From: an uncultured delta proteobacterium
GTDB taxonomy: Bacteria; Desulfobacterota; Syntrophia; Syntrophales; UBA2185
NCBI GenBank assembly: GCA_963729715.1
Contig: CAVSPA010000007.1
Coordinates: 288,001-352,000, forward strand
Length of the DNA: 64,000 nucleotides
Reading direction: 5' to 3'
Both the position numbers and the translations under genes were made by a program. The notes below the pieces were generated by a model that saw nothing but the letters and a program-made list of their open reading frames with translations, did not search any database and had not been told where the DNA came from. Positions 1-8,523 of this stretch are shown one piece after another. How positions within the stretch are numbered: the first letter of the stretch is position 1; each line of letters begins with the position of its first letter.

Positions 1-758
1 AAAGGGCGAGAGAATTCAAAGCCGCGAGCTTTAACCAGCGGAATTGCCCAGGGGTTCAGTAGCGGGCAATCGATAAATATAAGTTCTCTCGACGATCGGA
101 GCAAAAACGAATTCAACAGCCTCTCCGCCGCGTCTTCATTATGAGCGACCCATGGCCCCATGTGCTCGGCACGCGAACCCAGCCGACCGAAACTGTATCC
201 GGTGATTTTCCCCTCTTGCTGATCTACCAAAGTGAGGTGCGGAGCTTCTTGAGCGAGAGAGCGGAGGAGTTCGCTCCTATTAGCTCCGAAAACTTCCCTG
301 TCAATTAGCAGAGCGTCTTCTATTGATATTGGCACATTCTCCAGAACATTCTCTTTTACTGTGCGATTGAGCATCCATCGCTCGATGTCGTACTCGCTTA
401 TGAAGCCAAATTTTTCGTAAAGGGGTTTGCCCTGCGGTGTGGCATCGAGCTTCATGGTCGGAACTCTTTGCGAATCGAGAAAGCGGATTGCACGTTCGAG
501 CAGAGCTATTCCGATACCCTGACCTCGATATTGCTTGTCAACTATGACCATGCCAATCCATGCAAACCTGCCCTCATAGATGATTGTTGCTGATGTGCCT
601 ATGACATCGCCGCGATACTCCGCCACAAAGCACCCCTCGGGACTGGCCGAAAGAAAACGTACCCAGTCAGTGGCTGTCTGGTTCCAACCGGCTGCGTCTT
701 TCAACTTCATCGCTTGGGGAATGTCCTCAGAGATCATCGACCGCAATTTGAAATTCAT
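1..758 (-). CDS. GNAT family N-acetyltransferase (3' end runs off window)
   Basis: Not in ORF track. Manual translation from ATG 758: MNFKLRSMISEDIPQAMKLKDAAGWNQT...WIGMVIVDKQYRGQGIGIALLERA...LDATPQGKPLYEKFGF, with GNAT motif A (RGQGIG) and motif B. Confidence 0.85.
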   Translation of the reverse strand, partial: MNFKLRSMISEDIPQAMKLKDAAGWNQTATDWVRFLSASPEGCFVAEYRGDVIGTSATIIYEGRFAWIGMVIVDKQYRGQGIGIALLERAIRFLDSQRVPTMKLDATPQGKPLYEKFGFISEYDIERWMLNRTVKENVLENVPISIEDALLIDREVFGANRSELLRSLAQEAPHLTLVDQQEGKITGYSFGRLGSRAEHMGPWVAHNEDAAERLLNSFLLRSSRELIFIDCPLLNPWAIPLVKARGFEFSRP

Positions 759-858
759 CAATTCAACTCCGAGGGTGTTTTTTTAAAGGCAGTCTATATA
801 GCGACTGTATTGTGAAAATTACGAGGCAGAGGGGAGGTCCCTTGAGGAACCAGCCGGT

Positions 859-1602
859 TCATATTCTTGAGGTTACGGCGATTATCAATTCGCTTGATAT
901 GCGCCACCGCTTCAAAAAATCTGCATAAGAGTAGGAGATTTCCGCCCCATATCCCGGGTCTGCTATGATCATTCTTCTTGCGGTGTCATCATATCCTATC
1001 ACCACTGCCGCATGACGACCCCACGCCCTCCCGGACCCTGCGGCGTGGAGCCATAGTACGGGGATGTTATTGTCTATATATCTCTTAATCTCTTCAAGTT
1101 CGCCTTTATGGTGGTATTCAAGATCGAGCTTGAGAGACTTCAGAGTTTCGAAATATTTCAGAATCGCCTCCAGGGTCATGCCTCGCTCAAGGGGAATGCC
1201 GGACTCGATCGATACCTGCATCGGATCTATGTGGTAGCCATAATACTGGGCAATCATGGCTATGCTGGTCAGGGCGCACCAGTTAGGATCTTGTTGCATA
1301 ATGGGGAAATTTGTGAGCTTGTGGACAGTGCCGGGCGCTCCCGCAGGCACTCTTTTTGCTACTTTTGTTTTTTGGGGTGAATAGGCTTCCTCTTTGGAAA
1401 CGTCGGTCTTCGTGTCAGGTTCTTCAGCCCTTACTGATTTTGCACCATTTACACCTGCCGGCCGTTCATCTGAAAAGTGGACGACGCCCTCGCTGTCAAT
1501 CCATTTGTACATCTCCGCGGCGTGCGACGGCGCCAACAGCACCACTGTAATGAGCACAATCATCAAAACTTTTAAGCAGGTTGAATTAATCGCTGTGTTC
1601 AT
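859..1602 (-). CDS. Exported DUF4124-like N-terminal domain plus C39-like cysteine peptidase
   Basis: Signal peptide; YKWIDSEGVVHFSDERP (DUF4124-like); QQDPNWC, GRHAAVVIGYD and IADP give a Cys-His-Asp pattern. Confidence 0.75.
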   Translation of the reverse strand: MNTAINSTCLKVLMIVLITVVLLAPSHAAEMYKWIDSEGVVHFSDERPAGVNGAKSVRAEEPDTKTDVSKEEAYSPQKTKVAKRVPAGAPGTVHKLTNFPIMQQDPNWCALTSIAMIAQYYGYHIDPMQVSIESGIPLERGMTLEAILKYFETLKSLKLDLEYHHKGELEEIKRYIDNNIPVLWLHAAGSGRAWGRHAAVVIGYDDTARRMIIADPGYGAEISYSYADFLKRWRISSELIIAVTSRI

Positions 1603-1878
1603 AAAAGAATATTCGCAGTTAATATCGTTCCGTTACGTTATCTTATCGGCATATTTTTTAAAAATGTTGAGAATGTTGAATCTAAAGATACTTATACATT
1701 ATCTTGTGAAATGTTGCATCAAGAATGGAAATCAAAAAACGACATTACGGGAAGCTAGTGGCAGGGGGGCCTGTTTCGTTCACCGACGAGTCCCCAGTAA
1801 AGATGAAAATGGGCAACTGAAGATTACCAATTGAAAGAAAGCAGGGCTCCGCGTCACCAAAAATTGAATGATTGAATT

Positions 1879-2685
1879 CTATCTGCTGGCTATCTGAATC
1901 TTGTTTTCTACGGATTCAACGCCTTTGACTCCTTTTGCAATCCGCTCCGCGGTCGATTTTTCCCGGGGAACTTGCACGACCCCTGTTAACCGGACTTTTC
2001 CCGGCTCATTAACGTACGCGGAAACATAACTCGATGGAAAACCGGCTTGTGCAAGGGCTGTCGCCACTCTTACTGCAGGTTCCATCATATCCAGGGAGTT
2101 CATCACATCACCGGCGCGTCCTTCGGCTTCATCTGCGCGGGCTGCGCACAAGATCATATCAGCCGCGGTATCCACGGTAAGTTTGTCCATATTGAGGACA
2201 ATATCATACAACTCAGGATTCTCCCACTCCCGATGGAAGGCAAACCTGATAAAATTTTCTCTCTCGTGATCACTCTTCTCCATGACCATAAGGGCGGCCT
2301 CCCTCTTACTTATAACCTCTCTCCACAAGATTGCGGCCACGCTGTTCCTGTGATGCTATTATCCGGACATGAAGCGCATGCGGGAGAGACCGAAAAAGCA
2401 TATTGCCTCCCCGTCCGAGAATTACTGCGCTTCCGAGACGTGCGAGTTCATAAATGACGACATATAGGCGGTCCAGGCAAATCTCAGGCCGGCATGAAAA
2501 AACCCTCTTCAACAGAGGTGGAGTCTTGCTGTCTATTTTTCTGATGTCATCAAGAAATCCCATCTCTTCGGCTTTTTTTCGATATCTTCTGTATCATAGA
2601 AGGCATACTTCAGTTCTTTCGCTACGAGCTTCGCAATTTCTGTTCCTTTTGTGCCCATCTTCCTGGACAAGGTAATAAAATACAT
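1879..2685 (-). pseudogene. Cytidylate-kinase-like family protein with C-terminal BON domain, two frameshifts
   Basis: Start MYFITLSRKMGTKG at 2685 after GGGAGG; VILGRGG and YDIVLNMDKL motifs; C-terminal VRLTGVV...GVESVENKI (BON). Split by a -1 in a 7-T run (2573-2579) and a 4-bp duplication near 2306. Confidence 0.75.
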
Positions 2686-3041
2686 GATATCCTCCCTACA
2701 ATCCGACTACTCTGCTGTCAGGCCCTCTTCCTTCGCACCCCATCCGCCACTCATAGATTTGTACAGGTTCACGAGATATCGGGAAAGGCTTGACTGTGTT
2801 CGAGCATTGTACGTCTTCAAATGGTTTTGGATAAATCAGGTCTAAAACTAAGATCCGGTTTCAGTGTACAATAATCCTTTCCTGCCTTTTAGTCAACATT
2901 GAGTACCATTTAAGAGGATGCATGCCCGTCAAAATCTCCGGATGCTAAATTACAGTTAGTGACAGATTTATCTTAACGAAAGTAAATACTAAACAAGAAT
3001 ACTGAAAGGGTATATACTCGTTCTATAGGGGGACCAAAACA

Positions 3042-3281
3042 ATGAAGAACGAAAAGGGTATCTCGAAGATAGTTTTGTTTGTGATGATCGTAATAATCAT
3101 AGCTGCTGCGATTTACTGGGCGAAGTATTTCGCCAAACCTATGGCTACAGTTATGATGGGCGGCGCAGAGCAAGCTCAGCCAGCTATAGAAAAAGCCAAA
3201 CAGGCAAGTGACGCGATGAACAGAGTTACTAAAACCGCCGAAGAAATGGCGAAAAAAGCAACCGATAGTGCGGAGAAATAG
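3042..3281 (+). CDS. Small single-TM protein with prepilin-like leader
   Basis: MKNEKG|ISKIVLFVMIVIIIAAAIYW then an Ala/Lys-rich helix; GGGGGA RBS upstream. Confidence 0.55.
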   Translation: MKNEKGISKIVLFVMIVIIIAAAIYWAKYFAKPMATVMMGGAEQAQPAIEKAKQASDAMNRVTKTAEEMAKKATDSAEK

Positions 3282-3421
3282 GGAACGGTTCTTCCCGTGT
3301 GCATTGCAAAGACAAGGGTAAGGAGCATCAGAGGACCGATGTACAAATTGCGTTGAGCATTTCAATCAGCGATCTTTAGCAAATATGAAATCGCAGCGAG
3401 AATGAAGGGGGGGAGCGAGGG

Positions 3422-4939
3422 ATGAATATTGCGTGCTATCTAAGAATGAGCGCCAGGGAATACGGTGACAAGGTCGTGGCCATGGACGGAGACCGCCAGA
3501 TCACATACAACGAACTGGATGACAAATCGAACCGGATTGCCGGCTGGCTGAGGAAATCAGGAGCGCGACCGGGAGAAAGAGGCATCATCTATATGCCAAA
3601 CAACATCGAATATTTCTATCTGCTGTTCGGCATGTTCAAGGCGGGGGTGATTCCCATACCCTTGAATTACCGCTTCCAGAAGGAAGAAATCCGCTATGTT
3701 ATAATGGACTCTGGCGCCTCGCTCATGTTCGTGCTCGAACGAAACGCACCGCTCGCGAACGAGTTACAAAAGGAGGTCTCCACACTGGAGCAGGTTGTCG
3801 TCTCCGACGAGAAGGCATCAGGCTCGAATGCTCTCATCAACGAAGTCCTGAAGCGGTACGATCCGGACCCGGATATTTTTCCCGCCCTCGATGACGACCT
3901 TGCCATGATCATGTATACCAGCGGAACGACGGCAAAACCCAAGGGGGTTAAACAGACCCACCGTAACGCAGTGGCAAACGCGAACATTTTTGCCTTCACC
4001 CAACAGGTGGCATCCAAGGATCGGTTTCTCTGCGCGACGCCCCTCTTTCACGTAGGCGGCATGATCCCCTCCTTCACGACCATTTTCACCGGAGGATCGG
4101 TGGTCTTCTTGCCCATGTGGGATGCCACAAGATTCCTGGAGTTGGTTGACCGGAAAAAAGTGACCTGGACATTCCTGGTGGGCCTCATGGGTGCCCAGCT
4201 TGCCGGCACGCAGGGCATCGATAAATACGATTTGAGTTCATTGAAACGCGTCGTCTTCGGAGGATCATCCATATCCGAGACAATCTACAAAAATTTTCAG
4301 AAGAAATTTAATGCAATGATCTATGAGCTTTATGGTCGAACAGAACACGTGGGTGTCTCCGTCTGTTACGACGTGACCGACACGAGGGTGCCAGGCTCAG
4401 CGGGGAAACTGCTTGGGCAGGTCATCAAGGGTAAGTTCGTCGATCCTCAGACTGGCAAAGCTGTCGGTATCGGGGAGCCGGGTGAACTGATGGTCAAAGG
4501 AGACATCCTGACTCCCGGGTATTGGAACAAGGCCGAAGAAAATATAAAACTCCTCGACGAGGAAGGATGGCAGCATACGGGAGACGTATTCACACAGGAT
4601 GAGCAGGGCTATCTCTTCTTCATGGAAAGAACGGACGATATGATCATAAGCGGCGGTGAGAATATCTATCCACGGGAGGTCGAATCCGTCTTGTACAACC
4701 ATCCGGGCGTGGCGGAGGCGGCTGTCATCGGGCTTCCCCACGAGGAGTGGGGGGCACAGGTCGCTGCCGTCATCGTGAAGAAAGACCCAAAATTAACGGA
4801 AGAGGATATCATCGAGTTCTTGAAAGGGAGGAAGGATCTCAGCGCCTACAAGCGACCACGGATTATCAAATTCCTGGATAAAATCCCGAAAACGGCAAGC
4901 CATAAGGTTGACAAGGCGACTCTGAAAAAACTCAATTGA
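3422..4939 (+). CDS. Long-chain fatty acid/acyl-CoA ligase (AMP-binding family)
   Basis: YTSGTTAKPKG P-loop, YGRTE, HTGD, IISGGENIYPREVE, PKTASHK. Confidence 0.92.
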   Translation: MNIACYLRMSAREYGDKVVAMDGDRQITYNELDDKSNRIAGWLRKSGARPGERGIIYMPNNIEYFYLLFGMFKAGVIPIPLNYRFQKEEIRYVIMDSGASLMFVLERNAPLANELQKEVSTLEQVVVSDEKASGSNALINEVLKRYDPDPDIFPALDDDLAMIMYTSGTTAKPKGVKQTHRNAVANANIFAFTQQVASKDRFLCATPLFHVGGMIPSFTTIFTGGSVVFLPMWDATRFLELVDRKKVTWTFLVGLMGAQLAGTQGIDKYDLSSLKRVVFGGSSISETIYKNFQKKFNAMIYELYGRTEHVGVSVCYDVTDTRVPGSAGKLLGQVIKGKFVDPQTGKAVGIGEPGELMVKGDILTPGYWNKAEENIKLLDEEGWQHTGDVFTQDEQGYLFFMERTDDMIISGGENIYPREVESVLYNHPGVAEAAVIGLPHEEWGAQVAAVIVKKDPKLTEEDIIEFLKGRKDLSAYKRPRIIKFLDKIPKTASHKVDKATLKKLN

Positions 4940-4973
4940 AGCTCTCCGCAGCTTGCTGCGGAGAGCTTCAATT
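4934..4973. repeat. Perfect 19-bp inverted repeat (terminator or REP-like palindrome)
   Basis: AATTGAAGCTCTCCGCAGC-TT-GCTGCGGAGAGCTTCAATT; related copy at 43622-43651. Confidence 0.85.
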
Positions 4974-4976
4974 TTC

Positions 4977-5022
4977 TGGTGGTCCCACCGGGGTTCGAAC
5001 CCGAGCTTCCGGCGTGAAAGGC
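4977..5022 (-). repeat. Displaced 3' half of tRNA-Glu (att site of island)
   Basis: 41/46 identical to 28721-28766, including CCA, T-arm and anticodon region (TTC here, CTC in the full gene); no 5' half present. Confidence 0.85.
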
Positions 5023-5270
5023 AGTCCCATAAAGATATCTAAGTCACCTGTTTTATTATAAGTATTTGCTTTTATTGGAAGCCGTGTGTCGCCTGGCGTA
5101 ACCCTGTGTAGTCATTTTATCCCGATTTCCAAAGAGAGGACACACAGAGGGGCACACATTTCAATGCTGAAAAATGCAGTTTAATTTAGTACCTCCTAAT
5201 TCTCGTTCTGCAAATTCCATCTAATAAAAATCAATGGTTTTTTTTCTTCGTCTTATCCAGAAAAAACCCC

Positions 5271-5322
5271 TTGACATTTGCCAGTAATTTTGAGTAAATT
5301 TACTCACGATATTGAGTAAATT
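5271..5322 (+). promoter_or_regulatory. Sigma70-like promoter with overlapping palindromic operator
   Basis: TTGACA 5271-5276; perfect palindrome TGAGTAAA|TTTACTCA 5291-5306; extra half-site TGAGTAAATT 5313-5322. Confidence 0.6.
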
Positions 5323-5343
5323 GTTAACTAATGGATTTGACGT

Positions 5344-6534
5344 ATGTTTAAAAGACCTATTTTGAACACGATAAAGGGACGAATTACTGAGCGCCGTCGA
5401 TTTATGCAGGTTATCGTCGGACCACGGCAAACCGGTAAAACTACCCTGGCTCGACAGTTGATTGATGACCTTGGCCTGCCGAGTCATTATGCCCCGGCGG
5501 ATGAACCCACACTGAAAACCACTACCTGGATCGAGCAACAGTGGGAGACTGCACGGATAAAGGCACGAGCCAGTGAGCACAAAAAGGCGCTCCTCGTATT
5601 GGATGAGGTACAAAAGATAGGAAACTGGTCAGAGATCGTAAAACGTCTCTGGGATGAAGATACAGCAGTGGGTGGAGTTTTGCAGGTCATTCTCCTCGGC
5701 TCATCTCCACTTCTAATACAGACCGGTTTGACGGAAAGCCTTGCAGGACGGTTCGAGCTGATTCCGGTTGTGCATTGGTCCTTTTCTGAGATGCAGGAAG
5801 CCTTCGGTTGGAATGTTGAGCAGTACATCTTTTATGGAGGATATCCGGGCAGTGCGGATCTGATAAGCGATCCGCGGCGATGGGCAAACTACATAAGGGA
5901 TTCTCTCATTGAGACAACGATTTCACGTGACATTCTCCTCATGAGGCGCGTGGATAAGCCTGCCCTTCTGCGACGACTTTTTGAGTTGGGCTGTATCTAC
6001 TCCGGGCAAGTTCTGTCCTTTCAGAAGATGCTGGGCCAACTTCAGGATGCTGGGAATACGACTACCCTTGCTCATTACTTGAATCTGCTAGAAGGGGCAG
6101 GGCTACTAATGGGATTGCCCAAATACGGAGAGCGTATAGTGCGGCAGCGGGCTTCCAGCCCGAAGCTTCAGGTACTCAACACGGCCCTGATAACAGCACA
6201 ATCGGGGTCTGATTTCGATGCCACCTTGAAGGACCGGGAATACTGGGGACATCTTGTAGAATCTGCCATAGGTGCAACACTGGCCAACGGTCTCAAGGGC
6301 ACGGGTGCGGAGCTATTCTACTGGCGGGACAGAAATAGAGAGATAGATTATATCATCAGGAAGGATGATATGTTAGTGGCCATGGAAGTGAAAAGTGGCA
6401 GCAGCAAAACGAATCTGCCAGGAATGGACTCCTTTGCCAAGGCGTTTCCTGTTAAGAGAAAATTGTTGATCGGTTCTCAGGGAATAGCCTTGCGTGATTT
6501 CTTTCTTACCCCGCCGGAGCAGTGGTTAGAATGA
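5344..6534 (+). CDS. AAA+ ATPase (AAA_14) with C-terminal DUF4143 domain
   Basis: GPRQTGKTT Walker A, LVLDEVQK Walker B, LGSS, ESLAGR, YGGYP, EIDYII...MEVKSG. Confidence 0.88.
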   Translation: MFKRPILNTIKGRITERRRFMQVIVGPRQTGKTTLARQLIDDLGLPSHYAPADEPTLKTTTWIEQQWETARIKARASEHKKALLVLDEVQKIGNWSEIVKRLWDEDTAVGGVLQVILLGSSPLLIQTGLTESLAGRFELIPVVHWSFSEMQEAFGWNVEQYIFYGGYPGSADLISDPRRWANYIRDSLIETTISRDILLMRRVDKPALLRRLFELGCIYSGQVLSFQKMLGQLQDAGNTTTLAHYLNLLEGAGLLMGLPKYGERIVRQRASSPKLQVLNTALITAQSGSDFDATLKDREYWGHLVESAIGATLANGLKGTGAELFYWRDRNREIDYIIRKDDMLVAMEVKSGSSKTNLPGMDSFAKAFPVKRKLLIGSQGIALRDFFLTPPEQWLE

Positions 6535-6811
6535 CCGAAGCCAGACTGGCTTCATAGGGAGCATTAACCGAAGATTGAAATCCGCCCTATAAGCGATTAG
6601 CAGTGCGAAGGCAGGGTAGACGAAACTTCAAATGCAATCGAGGCATGCGGTCTCCGTACCGGTTTATTGAATGCGGGATATAACATGCAAAAAAATAGAG
6701 CTCGTTTTTCCACCTCACGAGTTTGTGAACTGCTTCCTGAACTCGTTATTTTTGAATTTTACCCAGACATCAAATAGTTCAAATGAAAAGAGATGAATGA
6801 AGAGCAAAAAG

Positions 6812-6833
6812 AAGGCCGGTTTTACCCGGCCTT
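6812..6833 (-). terminator. Probable intrinsic terminator of the flg-like gene
   Basis: AAGGCCGG/CCGGCCTT stem followed by a T tract on the minus strand. Confidence 0.55.
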
Positions 6834-6876
6834 TGGGATATCGCTGATTGGTACCGCGACCGTTATCTGCGTAGTC

Positions 6877-7224
6877 TCAGGCCTTGATATCGATGATCGA
6901 CTGCTGCATCTCGTTTTGGGCATTGATCGCGTCTACATTCGCCCCCACACTGTTCTGCGCTACTATCAGGTTGATTAGATTCTCCGCAAGGTTGACGTTT
7001 GATGACTCCTGAGGGTTGCCATTCGCGTCAGGGGGGAGCGTATCGCCAGGTGTATTTACGCTGCTGATAGTAACCTTGACGCCTGAAGGATCAACATCCT
7101 TGAATTCTACGTTGCTCTCCTTGAAACCGTTCGTTTGACTGTTGGCGATATTGTTTGCAGTGACGTCGGTTTGTGTAAAAAAGGCATTAAGGGCGGAAAG
7201 CGATGTATTGAGTGCGTCTGACAT
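6877..7224 (-). CDS. Short flagellar basal-body rod/hook-like protein (FlgB/C/E terminal motifs)
   Basis: LNTSLSAL...VTANNIANSQTNGFK; SNVNLAENLINLIVAQ...ANV...SIIDIKA. Confidence 0.8.
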   Translation of the reverse strand: MSDALNTSLSALNAFFTQTDVTANNIANSQTNGFKESNVEFKDVDPSGVKVTISSVNTPGDTLPPDANGNPQESSNVNLAENLINLIVAQNSVGANVDAINAQNEMQQSIIDIKA

Positions 7225-7256
7225 AGAACCACCTCCTGTAAGTATTGCTGATTGGT

Positions 7257-7284
7257 ATATCGGCAGTTTCGGGCAGAAACTTTA
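7257..7284 (-). promoter_or_regulatory. Sigma28 (FliA/SigD)-type promoter
   Basis: Minus strand TAAAGTTT-N12-GCCGATAT, about 30 nt upstream of the flg-like ATG. Confidence 0.78.
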
Positions 7285-7761
7285 ATTTAATTGTCCTGAC
7301 TTATATTCCTCTTCACAGACACTGTCCAACACATACCACAACAGCCCATTTAAAATTTGTGTGGCGATGCATGCACATTTTCGTGAATAATGATAATAGG
7401 TTGTAATGTAGCACAGAGGTGTTATTTTAGAAAATCAACGTAGGAGAAAGTTATCAAGACGGTAGGTTCTGCCGTTTCGAAAAAATTGTCCTTCCCAAGT
7501 GACTGTTACGGTATCTATAAAGATAGCTATAGGGCCAGCATGCCAGTTTGTTGAATGCGGAATGTAATATACAAAAAAATATACCAAACTTCTTCATTTT
7601 ATGTGTTCGTGAATAGCTTCCTCTTCCGCAAACCACCCTCTTTGATTTTCATTGTAGATTTCAACTGGGAATCGTGATATTCAAAAGTTATATATAAAAG
7701 TCAGAGTTTAAATTTCATAAACCCTTTAACATTGCGTGAGGGTGCTATGGACTGATTGTTG

Positions 7762-7792
7762 AAACCCCGTTTCTCGAAAGAGGCGGGGTTTT
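7762..7792 (+). terminator. Terminator-like hairpin in the 5' leader of the cysteine hydrolase gene
   Basis: AAACCCCGTTTCTC-GAAA-GAGGCGGGGTTTT just upstream of the GGAGG RBS. Confidence 0.6.
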
Positions 7793-7810
7793 GTGTTTGA
7801 GGAGGTAATT

Positions 7811-8494
7811 ATGAAATGGACCAATAAGATTTTGGGATTTATCTGCCTGTTCCTTCTTATCTTTTGTGCGGCCACGCCTGTTCTTACAGTAAAGAGCGCT
7901 GATATGATGCAAGCGAATCACTCAGCGCTATTAGTGATGGACGTTCAAAACGGAATCGTTCAGCGTTTCGCTGAAAAACCAGAAGTCATGGTTCCATTTC
8001 AACGTGCCGTGAGCGCTGCCCGTCGTGCTGGGATTCCGGTTATTTTTGTTCGTGTCGCGTTCCGTAAAGGCTACCCTGAAGTAAGCGCAAAGAACAAAAT
8101 GTTTTCGGCCATCACAAAATTTGGAAGCATGACCATTTCTGATGCTTCGACGCAAATTCATTATTCGGTAGCGCCGCTTCCGGATGAACCCGTCGTGACG
8201 AAATTACGCGTGAGCGCGTTTGCCGGTAGTGATCTTGAGATTATTCTCCGCGCCCGTAAGATCGACACGCTAATTCTAACTGGTATTGCAACAAGCGGTG
8301 TTGTCCTTTCAACTTTGCGAGAAGCTGCGGATAAGGATTACGGGCTCGTCGTTCTTTCCGATGCGTGTTTACATGCAGATCCAGAAGTCCATCGCGTGCT
8401 GGTTGAAAAGTTGTTTCCCCGTCAGGCGGATGTTTTAACCGTGAGTGAGTGGGCTGACACCTTACTGAATCAAGGAGGATCGCCGAAAAGCTAG
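7811..8494 (+). CDS. Isochorismatase-like cysteine hydrolase family protein with signal-like N-terminus
   Basis: ALLVMDVQ, KLRVSAF, LTGIATSGVVLSTLREAADKDY; RBS favours ATG 7811. Confidence 0.85.
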   Translation: MKWTNKILGFICLFLLIFCAATPVLTVKSADMMQANHSALLVMDVQNGIVQRFAEKPEVMVPFQRAVSAARRAGIPVIFVRVAFRKGYPEVSAKNKMFSAITKFGSMTISDASTQIHYSVAPLPDEPVVTKLRVSAFAGSDLEIILRARKIDTLILTGIATSGVVLSTLREAADKDYGLVVLSDACLHADPEVHRVLVEKLFPRQADVLTVSEWADTLLNQGGSPKS

Positions 8495-8523
8495 CTTCAA
8501 GTGAGCCGTATGTTAGAGAGTAA

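Noticed and set aside
4977..5022. A second functional tRNA-Glu(TTC)
   Set aside because: D-arm and 5' acceptor strand are missing; it is an att-type fragment.
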